The position numbers were made by a program, and so were the translations under genes. Positions 53,685-64,000 of a stretch of DNA of 64,000 nt are shown in pieces. The stretch's first letter is position 1, and every line of letters starts with the position of its first letter. A model generated the notes under the pieces. It was not told the origin of the DNA. It saw nothing but the letters and a program-made list of their open reading frames with translations, and ran no database searches. The stretch is from positions 23,622,001-23,686,000 of the forward strand of contig NC_042997.1 in assembly GCF_006345805.1 (NCBI RefSeq), read 5' to 3'. The DNA is from Octopus sinensis. Lineage: Eukaryota.

Positions 53685-54245
53685 GCGTGGCTTAGTGGCT
53701 TGGGGTATTCAGCATACAATTTTAAGGCTGTGAGTTTGATTTCCAGTGGCTCGTTGTGTCCTTGAGCAAGACACTTTATTTCACGTTGCCCTGGTCCACC
53801 CAGCTAGAAAAATGAGTACTACCAGTAATTCAAAGGGGCAGCTTTGTCTTTTCCAGTGTCACGCCGAATTTCCCTGAGAACTACGTTAAGGAGACGCGTG
53901 TCTGTGGAGTGCTCAGCCGCTTGCACATTAATTTCTTATTTCTTTATTGCCCACAAGGGGCTAAACATAGAAGGGGCAAACAAGGACAGGCAAAGGGATT
54001 AAGTCGATTATATCGACTCCAGTGCGTAACTGGTACTTAATTTATCGACCACGAAAGGATGAAAGGCAAAGTCGACCTCGGCGGAATTTGAACTCAGAAC
54101 GTAGCGGCAGACGAAATACCGTTAAGCATTTCGCCCGGCGTGCTAACGCTTCTGCCAGCTCGCCGCCTTCAATTAATTTCGTGAGTGAGCAGGTTGTTCC
54201 GTTGATCGGGTCTACTGGAAGCCTCGTCGCCGGAACCGACAGAGT
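53685..54245 (+). mobile_element. Old SINE split by a family 2 SINE (53936-54171, minus)
   Basis: The inner SINE is flanked by a 9-bp TSD ATTAATTTC (53927-53935 / 54172-54180), and the outer SINE resumes after it. Confidence 0.85.
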
Positions 54246-54424
54246 ACCAGTTATACATTGTATGAATTGTGACGTGGGATATAAAACAAAAGGCAAGGTT
54301 CTGTCGAAGTACGTTATCGTGACATTTTCGATTCGTTATCGGAGCCACTCACAGACATTTACCTCACGAACGCTCTTGAAATTGGTTGAATGTCACAATC
54401 ACCCATTTCTCACTAACCTAAAAT

Positions 54425-54742
54425 TTATTATTTTATTTATGCGCCCTTTTCAAGCCTAGCCAGGCTCATGGGCCCGGTTTCCCGGTTTCTGTGGCGTATG
54501 TGTTCCCCCCAGCAGGACGGGACGCCAGTCCATCACAGCGTTACTCAAGAAACAGGAAGAAAGAGTGAGAGAAAGTTGGAGCGAAAGAGTACAACAGGGG
54601 TCACTACCACCCCCTGCCGGAGTCTCGTGGAGCTTTAGGTGTTTTCGCTCAATAAACACACACAACGCCCGGTCTGGGAATCGAAACCGCGATACTCCCA
54701 CCGCGAGTCCGCTGCCCTAACCACTGGGCCATTGCTCCTTCA
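54425..54742 (-). mobile_element. SINE family 3 head with tail type B (V-domain-like GATGGACTGGCGTCCCGTCC)
   Basis: 14-bp TSD CACTAACCTAAAAT; head matches 33079. Confidence 0.85.
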
Positions 54743-55753
54743 CACTAACCTAAAATAATAAAACTAAAGAAATAAAGAAATAAAAGCGAAGAGACTATGT
54801 GTTTGGTCAAAAGATACCAGTTTAAAAGGAAAAGCATCCTTTGTGTAATGCTGCGGTGGATGAGAGAATCATTAAAAATAACGGTTAAAATGCTTTGTGG
54901 TTTTTCAGTAACATTCTTTTACTTTCGGAGTTCAAATCCAAGTGTAGGCGACTTTTCCTTTCATCCCTCCAAGGTCGATAAAATAAGTAGTTTCAGTCAA
55001 GAACTGCATCGATTCAATCGACTGTAACGCCCACCCCACGCGCTCTCTCTTTCTGAATATTTTGGCCTTGTGACAATGTTAGGAATCAATATTCATCGTT
55101 GTTTGTTTAAAGAAGAAAAAAAAAAGTCCCCTCCAACCACTACACCACCACCACCACCACCACTACCACCACCACCACCACCATCATCATCACCACCACC
55201 ACCACCACTCATAAAAAATATATATATAAAAAAAAAGAGAAATAAATAAACAATGTTTAACATTGAAAACACATTTCGCGGAGTTAAAATTTTAAAGGGA
55301 TCAAATTCTTGATAATAATCACAGTTTATTGCAATAACGTCCACAGAAATGGTAACTTTGAAGAATTGAAATGACGCGTGAAATGGCTGTTTTTTTTTCC
55401 TCCCCCTTCTCTCTCTCTCTCCCCATCTCTTCTCTTTTTTGAAAGATAACATTGAAGCCAATTGTCTCTTCTATAACGTAACGTTTAGACACAAAACAAA
55501 CAGTAAAAGCCTGATGGTTCTTTTTATACGTATGTATATCGCTGTTGTTGTTTAGCCCCAGGTCAGTCTTCATTGAGAAGACCTATGATCAAAGATTTCT
55601 AGCCGTGATCACCTCGTCTTGCTTTCAGGAATGGAGTGGCTTGCTCTGCATTATTTACATTGTCTTTTCTTTCTTTTCTTTTTTTTTAAGATGGTAGGGT
55701 ATGATTTGAGGCAAGTTTAGCTGCTGTTTTCACCAAGCTGAGTGATTGTATAT

Positions 55754-56164
55754 AGGCGTAGGAGTGGCTGTGTGGTAAGTAGCTTGCTTACCAACCACAT
55801 GGTTCCGGGTTCAGTCCCACTGCGTGGCATCTTGGGTAAGTGTCTTCTACTATAGTCTCGGGTCGATCAAAGCCTTGTGAATGGATTTGGTAAACGGAAA
55901 CTGAAAGAAGCCCGTCGTATATATATGTATATACATATATGTTTGTGTGTCTGTGTTTGTTCCCCCCAACATCGCTTGACAACCGATGCTGGTGTGTTTA
56001 CGTCACCGTAACTTAGCGGTTCAGCAAAAGAGACCGATAGAATAAGTACTAGGCTTACAAAGAATAAGTCCTGGGGTCGATTTGCTCGACTGAAGGCGGC
56101 TCTCCAGCATGGCCACAGCCAAATGACTGAAACAAGTAAAATAGTAAAAGAGAGTAAAGAGAGT
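55754..56164 (+). mobile_element. SINE family 1, full length
   Basis: Matches the other copies; the empty-site paralog is at 62691-62925 (inverted). Confidence 0.9.
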
Positions 56165-56364
56165 ATTTCTCTGGTTAGAGGCCTGAGATTTATTTTTATG
56201 TCTAAAGTTGTTGTTCTTGTTTAACCCCAAGTCAGTAGTAACTGAGCAAACCTATGATCAAAAGCATTCCAGTCGTGGCTATCAACCTCACTTTAGGCGA
56301 CTATGAATATAGGACTTCTTGAGCGAGATACCCCTCGTATTGAACTAAGGATCTAATTGTATGG

Positions 56365-56915
56365 TGTCTTGGCTACAACATCATGTCCCATAGGTAGATA
56401 ATAATGTTATGCCATCTTCGGAAAAATGCTCATGTTGGTAAAATATTCGGTATTAACCCCACAACGCCTGCATCGGTCATCATATTTTGGAGTTTTTTTG
56501 GCGTCTTTGTTCCTTTTTTGCATCAGGAATTCACTTCCTATTTTCTGTTTTTGAATTGCAAAAAGCATACCCTTCAAAGTGAAAGTTAGTGATCTGGTTG
56601 TTGGTCCACCATAGACTACTTTGGTTCTCTATGTTGCCGTAATCCTGAAAATTTCTGCTAACATATCCATGTATGGTCTTCTGCTGATATACACTCATAA
56701 CAGAGGGATTATTTCGGGACAGTCATTTTTTGCGGATGGCATTGTAAATTGTTTTTGCAACAACATCGTGCCGCATAGGGAGGTAGTACCGTGACGATAT
56801 TTTAGAGCAGCTGCTAATCACATGCGTAATGTCTTCCTCAGAAACATGGCATAGCCTACAGAAGCGGTTGCACCTTGGCATTACAAGAGTGTCATTATCT
56901 CTCTTGTTCATCAGG
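56365..56915 (-). pseudogene. Two tandem fragments of an RLE-type (R4/Dong-like) LINE C-terminus
   Basis: CRLCHVSEEDITHVISSC...YYLPMRHDVVAK (CCHC knuckle plus RHD motif), then HGYVSR...W...EG and a second CRRC...YYLPMGHDVVAK. Confidence 0.7.
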
Positions 56916-57051
56916 TACTTTGTGGAAATCTCCTACATATGTATGTAAATGCACACTTCTGTTTTTAATTATATGAACTCTTCTTGAATAAGGAACTGGT
57001 TTCTTACGAAGATACAAAGCATCATCTTTACAAAGAAAGTGTGACATTTCG

Positions 57052-57486
57052 AATAGGCGGCGAGTTGGCAGAATCGTTAGCACGCCGGGCGAAATGCTTA
57101 GCGGTATTTCGTCTGCCGTTACGTTCTGAGTTCAAATTCCGCCGAGGTCGACTTTGTCTTTCATACATTCGGGGTCGATTAAATAAGTACCAGTTACACA
57201 CTGGGGACGGTATAATCAACTTAATCCGTTTGTCTGTCCTTGTTTGTCCAAACTACTTGTGTGTGTAGCCCCTTGTGGGCACTAAAGAAATAAGAAACGT
57301 TAGCACGCCGAGCGAAATGCTTAGCGGTATTTCGTCTCTCTTTACGTTCTGAGTTCAAATTCCGCCGAAGTCGACTTTGCCTTTCATCTTTCTCGGGTCG
57401 ATAAATTATGTACCAGTTGCGTACTGAGGTCGATCTGATCGACTGGCTCCCTCTCCCCAAATTTCGGGCCTTGTGACTAGAATAAA
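57052..57486 (+). mobile_element. Dimeric SINE, family 2
   Basis: Same two-tail order as 23530-23911, inside one 16-bp TSD with two mismatches (57036-57051 / 57487-57502). Confidence 0.8.
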
Positions 57487-57799
57487 AAAGTGACACATTT
57501 CGGGCATAGAAAAGTGTTGCATATTTTTACTGTTCTCCTTTCAAGCTGTATTGTAATGCGCGTGTTAGTTGGTTTACTTCTTTTTCTTATGTACGTACGT
57601 GTGTATGTATGTACGTCTTTCTATGTATGTATGTATGTATGTATGTATGTATGTATGTATGTATGTATGTATGTATGTATGTATGTATGTATGTATATCA
57701 TTGTTCAGCTATGTTTCAAGATTTCTTGTCAATAGAGAAAGAACCAGTTTCTAACCTAGATTCAAGGCACCTTCACTGAAATTTCAAAATCAGCAACAG

Positions 57800-58170
57800 T
57801 GGAGGCGCAATGGCCCAATGGCTAGGGCAGCTGACTCGCGGTCGGAGGATAGCGGTTTCGATTCCCAGACCGGGCGTTGTGTGTGTTTATTGTGCGAAAA
57901 CACCTAAAGCTCCACGAGGCTCCGGCAGGGGGTGGTGGCGACCCCTGTTGTACTCTTTCGCTCCAACTTTCTCTCACTCTTTCTCCCTGTTTCTTATCCC
58001 CGACTTCCTACGCAACCGCTGAGCCTGGATGCGCATTCATCCATCCGTCGATGCTCTCGGTGTCGGGGGGTTGACCTGCTTTTTCTTCTGCGGTTCTTAC
58101 GAATAGCAAAGACCACGTTTCGGACTTTTCCCACTGGACGAAGACCGCTACGCTCAACAGCAACATCAGC
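57800..58170 (+). mobile_element. SINE family 3 head with tail type C
   Basis: Head and body match 33079 up to CTTTCTCTCACTCT; the 3' part is unrelated to tails A and B. Confidence 0.75.
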
Positions 58171-58189
58171 AAAGAGGTATTTTTGTATG

Positions 58190-58412
58190 TATGTATGTGT
58201 ACATGCAGATTTATGTTTTGTTTTATGTATGTATTTTCATGCATACACTTGCATATCTAGACATGATCATATATACTTAAATGATAATATTTCTGGAAAG
58301 TTTTACACATTTTTACAGTTCCAGTGATGGATTGGATCTGTAGTTTTCGAATCAGCTTTCTCCTTTCTGGTTTTGAGAAGCCTAATTTCTCAAGATTGGT
58401 ATTTAGGCAGTG

Positions 58413-58443
<31 letters not shown>

Positions 58444-58539
58444 CATACATACATACATACATACATACATACATACATACATACATACGTATGCATGTAT
58501 GTATGTATGTGTGTGTATGGATGGATGGCTGTATGTATA

Positions 58540-58577
<38 letters not shown>

Positions 58578-59065
58578 CGTGTGTGTATGTGTGTGCACGT
58601 GTGTGTATGTGTGTGCACGTGTGTGTATGTGTGTGCACGTGTGTGTATGTGTGTGCACGTGTGTGTATGTGTGTGCACGTGTGTGTATGTGTGTGTTTGT
58701 GTGTGTGTATGTGTTTGCGTGTGTGTATATACATACATACGTATGCATGTATGTATGTATGTATGTATGTATGTATGTATGTATGTATGTATGTATGTAT
58801 GTGTGTGTATGGATGGATGGCTGTATGTATATGTGCGTGTGTGTGTGTGTGAGCGTGTGTGTATGTGTGTGTTTGTGTGTGTGTATGTGTTTGCGTGTGT
58901 GTATATACATACATACATACAAACATACGTAGGTACATACATACATTCATACGTAGGTAGGTACATACATACATAATACATACATACATAAATACATAAT
59001 ACATACATACATACGTATGCATGTATGTATGTATGTGTGTGTATGGATGGATGGCTGTATGTATA

Positions 59066-59117
<52 letters not shown>

Positions 59118-59440
59118 CGTGTGTGTATGTGTGTGTTTGTGTGTGTGTATGTGTTTGCGTGTGTGTATATACATACATACGTATGCATGTATGTATGTAT
59201 GTATGTGTACATGCAGATTTATGTTTTGTTTTATGTATGTATTTTCATGCATACACTTGCATATCTAGACATGATCATATATACTTAAATGATAATATTT
59301 CTGGAAAGTTTTACACATTTTTACAGTTCCAGTGATGGATTGGATCTGTAGTTTTCGAATCAGCTTTCTCCTTTCTGGTTTTGAGAAGCCTAATTTCTCA
59401 AGATTGGTATTTAGGCAGTGTTACATACATACATACCATA
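58190..59440 (+). repeat. Direct repeat of about 235 bp (58190-58425 / 59205-59440) bracketing three copies of a compound microsatellite unit
   Basis: The non-repetitive flanks are essentially identical; an 18-bp GTGTGTATGTGTGTGCAC run lies inside. Confidence 0.9.
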
Positions 59441-59526
59441 CATACATACGTAGGTACGTACGTACATACATATATACATACATACGTAGGTAGGTACGTA
59501 CATACATACATACATACATACATACA

Positions 59527-59554
<28 letters not shown>

Positions 59555-59558
<4 letters not shown>

Positions 59559-60095
59559 GTACTTATTCTGTCGGTCTCTTTTGCCGAACCGCGAACTTAC
59601 GGCGACGTAAACACAGCAACATCGGTTGTCAAGCGGTATGGTGGGGGACAAACATAGACACAAAGATGCCCACATACATACATACATACATACATACATA
59701 CATAATACATAATACACACATACATACATGCATGCATGCATACATACATGCATGCATACACACATACACACATACATACATACACACATACATAGATACA
59801 TACATGCATGCATACATGCATACACACACATACATATATACATGCATACACACATACATACATACATATATATATACATACATACATGCATACATACACA
59901 CATACATACATACATATATACTACACACACACATATATACGATGGGCTTCTTTCAGTTTCCGTCTACCAAATCCACTCACAAGGATTTGGTCGACTCGAA
60001 GCTATAATAGAAAACGCCCAAGGTTCCATGCAATGGGACTGAACCCGGAACCATGTTGTCGGCAAGGAAGCTTCTTACTACATAGCCATACCTGC
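59555..60095 (-). mobile_element. SINE family 1 with a large internal (CATA)n expansion
   Basis: Body at 59560-59665 and head at 59940-60095 on the minus strand. Confidence 0.8.
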
Positions 60096-60122
60096 ACCTA
60101 TTTTTTTATTCAGATGATAACA

Positions 60123-60277
60123 ATATTTACATTATTTCCATTATTTCCATTTGAAGGCCGGAGGATATATCAGCCAAAACGTTGTGTTAACAACAAACAA
60201 GATGAGGAGAAATGTACGTCAAATATGAATAATGTAAATAATGTACATAATTCCTCATCTCTTAAATATTAAACTGT
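60123..60277 (+). mobile_element. Mini Penelope-like insertion with a 5' inversion
   Basis: 11-bp TSD AGATGATAACA (60112-60122 / 60278-60288), inverted 5' segment, and truncated hammerhead-like TGA-A-GGC..GCC-AAAACGTT. Confidence 0.6.
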
Positions 60278-60309
60278 AGATGATAACACTAGCAAAACTC
60301 AACATGTTT

Positions 60310-60660
60310 CTTTGGTACTCTGAGGATTTCGAAGCCAGGAGGAAACACGAGTAGTCTTGAACGTGCCATCACCTGAATAAATTTGTACCATGTATTAATG
60401 AATACTTTACCTTTAATTATGGCTTACACAGTTTCTAAATTGTCTAGCGGCGTACTGAGTGTATAAAGGGGTAAATATTTTTCTGAAAAATAAAATATTT
60501 AATACTGCACAGTACTAATATTTTTAACACAATTTCAAAGAAATCTTCACCAGGATTAAAATATGAGTATGACATTACGTAATCAGTAAGCCATGAATAT
60601 AACTGGCGATGAGTCTAAGTCCAACGTAATCACCTTCTTTAGAATTTCTAGAAAAATTTA
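60310..60660 (-). pseudogene. Possible highly decayed Penelope-like reverse transcriptase
   Basis: Across frameshifts: FLEILKKV..., HTHI (YTNI-like) and VFINTWYKFIQV-GTFKTTRV (Y.Q..GTAMGTRV-like). Confidence 0.35.
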
Positions 60661-61597
60661 ACAAAGGGGCACTATTTCATGCAAATATCGAAAAACAGTC
60701 ACAAGTCGAATATCAACCTGGAGAAAATCAGCGATCAAATATTCCTTTAAAAACCCAGAAAGATATTAGAGAGAAAAAAAAGAAAAAGAAATGTAGCATA
60801 AAGCGACTTTTCTCGCAAAATAATTCGCATACAAGGGCGGTGCCCCAGCATGGCCTCAGCCGGATGGCTGAAACAAGTAAAAGAGTAAAAGAGTAAAGAG
60901 TATAGCTCTGTCCTAACAGATGAGCCATAAAACATGTAGCCTTTTAAATGCATGGAGGATGAATCGCTTAAATAGGAGATGAGACACGTTTCTTTCGTTT
61001 GAGCTCTAGATTTGAAAAAATCCATAAAAATGCAACCAACAGGCAAATAAAACGTAGAGAAAGCAGTTCGTTTCAATTTTTTTCCCCTTATGTCTTTGAA
61101 AGCAAACTGTTGGACGCGTCATCTGGGATCCGCCTTATAATGGGGTTGGCTTTTATAAAAAAAAAATCAAATAGTACGAGGAACTCATCAAGGTGAATGT
61201 TATGGAAAATGTGATTAGAGCCGAAATTATTATATCAATGGAAAGTTACAGGTTAGCTTGAGATTATCCAAGTTTAAAGGAGTAGCAGTTGATTGCTTTC
61301 AATTACCGAGAGTAAATGAGACAGAACAAACAGTGGTAGCAGCACAAAGACAAAAGAGAGATTTCGTCTAATAGCGATGAAAAACAAAAAATAAAGACAA
61401 AATTAAATAAAGATTATTGCAGAAGAAATGTCAATGAAAGAGACTGTGTGAATGCTACAGTGAGGCAAAAGAGTAGAGTAGAGCAAGCCGATCTAGGAAG
61501 CTTCTACGTAATCACTGCACCTTCTAGAAATAACAGCCATATATCCCTCAATTCACACTCTATCGTCTTGAAAACGGATGGACATATTAAACAATGT

Positions 61598-61985
61598 GGA
61601 TGGAAGCACTCCGTCGGTTACGACGACGAGGGTTCCGGTTGATCCGAATCAACGGAACAGCCTGCTCGTGAAATTAACGTGTAAGTGGCTGAGCACTCCA
61701 CAGACACGTGTACCCTTAACGTAGTTCTCGGGGATATTCAGCGTGACACAGAGAGTGACAAGGCCGGCCCTTTGAAATACAGGTACAACAGAAACAGGAA
61801 GTAAGAGTGAGAGAAAGTTGTGGTGAAAGAGTACAGCAGGGATCACCACCACCCCCTGTCGGAGCCCCGTGGAACTTTAGGTGTTTTCGCTCAATAAACA
61901 CTCACAACGCCCGGTCTGGGAATCGAAACCGCGATCCTATGACCGCGAGTCCGCTGCCCTAACCGCTGGGCCATTGCGTCTCCAC
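61598..61985 (-). mobile_element. SINE family 3, tail type A
   Basis: Reverse complement of 33079-33464; 12-bp TSD ATTAAACAATGT. Confidence 0.9.
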
Positions 61986-62004
61986 ATTAAACAATGTAGT
62001 ATTA

Positions 62005-62270
62005 ATAATAATAAATAAATAAAATAAATGCGCCCTTTTAAAGGCTAGCCAGGCTCATGGGCCCGGTTTCCCGGTTTCTATGGCGTATGTGTTCCCCAGC
62101 TGGACGGGACGCCAGTCCATCGCAGCGTCCCTTATTTTTGCCATCTGAGTGGACTGGAGCAACGTGAAATGAAGTGTTTTGCTCAAGAACACAACGCGTC
62201 GCCCGGTCCAGGAATCGAAACCACAATCTTACGATCATGACACCCTAACCACTAAGTCACGCACCTCCAT
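62005..62270 (-). mobile_element. SINE with a CORE/Meta-like body and tail type B
   Basis: 12-bp TSD AATGTAGTATTA; tail matches 54425-54540 but the head and body differ. Confidence 0.85.
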
Positions 62271-64000
62271 AATGTAGTATTAGATATACAAATATGGAAT
62301 CAGATGATACCAAGAATACTTTAGATAGAATGGATGAATGCAAGGTTCCTTCTAAGTTGTATGCTTGTACGCGCGAACACACACATACACACACACACAC
62401 ACACAAATATGTGAGCATAGGCAGTTTTCAAGGTAAAAATCAAGTTTTTTTAATTGTAATTTTTTAAACTTCTGATAACTAATAAAATCAATGCCAAATA
62501 AATATTACATATTTTTGTCAGTTTTGTCATTGTCGCCACGTAAAGGGCTCTTGAAATATAAAACGAATCAATGCAAAAACAAAAAAAAAACAACAATAAA
62601 TATATACATAATTGTAGGTTTTGTCTTTGAAAAAGACAAACAAATTTTAAAGGGATTTAAAATACATAATAAAGTTTCTACATTCTTATGACCATACAAT
62701 TAGATCTTTAGTTCAATACGAGGTGCATCTCGCTCAAGAAGTCCTATATTCATAGTCGCCTAAAGTGAGGTTGATAGCCACGACTGAAATGCTTTTGATC
62801 ATAGGTTTGCTCAGTTACTACTGACTTGGGGTTAAACAAGAACAACAACTATAGACATAAAAATAATTCTCAGGCCTCAAACCAGAGAAATATATACAAT
62901 CACTCAGCTTGGTGAAAATAGCAAAAGAAAAAGACTCCAGAAATAGATAGAGAATTCGAAGGATTGCTTTGGTACGATGGTAGAACGTCTAACATGTTAA
63001 ATGAAGATGAGGGTTCGAGTTTTTTTAACCCAATATTTTACGATATTATTTATAGTTTTATCTACTTCGAAGAAAAAATTAAATGTATAAGTTTAATTAT
63101 GTATCGGGAAGGTAAAAAAAATGATTAGTTTCATTCTGTGTTAAACCCAGAGAAGAATCCTATGAAATCTAAAGGATATTTTTACTTAAAAAAACAAAAC
63201 AAAAGCATCCGAAAATTGCCAGAGAATTGTTTTGGGAGTCTAAGTCATGCTTCTCACCTGTCTGTTTTGTAATCCGTTTGTGACTGCAGGTTAGCAGTGG
63301 TGAATATCCAATATTTTGGTTCGGGGCTGAAGTAGAATTGTCAGCAAAAAAGTGGAACTGTTACAGAAAATAAAGAACAGAGAATTGTGGCAGGACAATA
63401 TTGTCTGTGTCCTACATTCTGGACATGACACCTAAAGAAAGAAGACCCTTCTATGAACATTATTCGATGCCTTGTGGCTGTTAAAACTCATTATTATTGT
63501 ACAGTATTAGTAGAAAGAGACGAGAAGCCGGCAAAATGTCGTGCAGTATTTAATCAAAGCCTTTTATGTTTTCCTTTCCGTTTCCTTCTCAGTAGCCAGT
63601 TGTTATTGCTGCCATTCTTTAACTAATTATACATATAGATTTTTTGATCTCATGGTATATCTGTTGTGAGAGCTGACTGTATAATGCAAATAAACTCAAG
63701 CTCAGCCCAGAAAACGTGACGATTATAGAACCAAGGCAGTATTGTGCTTCTGGTAATTACAGAGATTCTCTACATCCGATACTTCCCTCTGTGAATTTTC
63801 AGATGCTAAGGAGTTTTTTTCTCGCCAATACTGACGTCGGAACTCTGAAGAGCTTCAACTCAGAATAAAAATCGTGTATCAGAATCGCTCAGAATGTTAA
63901 AACCACGTAACATTATCACGGGTGAACGAAACTGGATCACAGGTTATTAACAAGGTTCACCCCTTAATCTCTGGTATCAGAACACATGATACTGATTTAT

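Noticed and set aside
63240-63560. Possible host exon after TGACTGCAG
   Set aside because: All frames hit stops quickly and there is no recognisable protein similarity or convincing donor site.

Overview
This is a repeat-saturated, AT-rich animal genomic window with no supportable host exon, tRNA, rRNA or CRISPR array. The SINE families and microsatellite style suggest a cephalopod, probably Octopus (my inference). 0.3-1.8 kb is the 5' end of a Gypsy/Ty3 LTR retrotransposon (LTR, tRNA-Trp PBS, broken gag), cut off by a three-tier composite satellite (about 10-bp AAAATTTT unit, 32-bp unit, about 190-bp module). 5-20 kb is a mosaic of direct and inverted duplications resembling DUP-TRP/INV-DUP, with filled and empty versions of the same insertion sites. 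The rest holds CR1-type and RLE-type LINE fragments, many tRNA-derived SINEs with clean target-site duplications (TSDs) and shuffled modules, hAT, Tc1/mariner and piggyBac-like MITEs (two families carry a TTAGGG/TTTTAGGG core), a non-autonomous Helitron and long microsatellites, which explain nearly all low-complexity ORFs. The best unexpected signal is a set of minimal type I hammerhead ribozyme motifs in Penelope-like inverted repeats: a canonical core at 38040-38085 (-), a divergent pair at 48194-48254 (-) and 48383-48443 (+), and variant or decayed cores elsewhere. Coordinates were read by eye and repeat boundaries may be off by a few bases.
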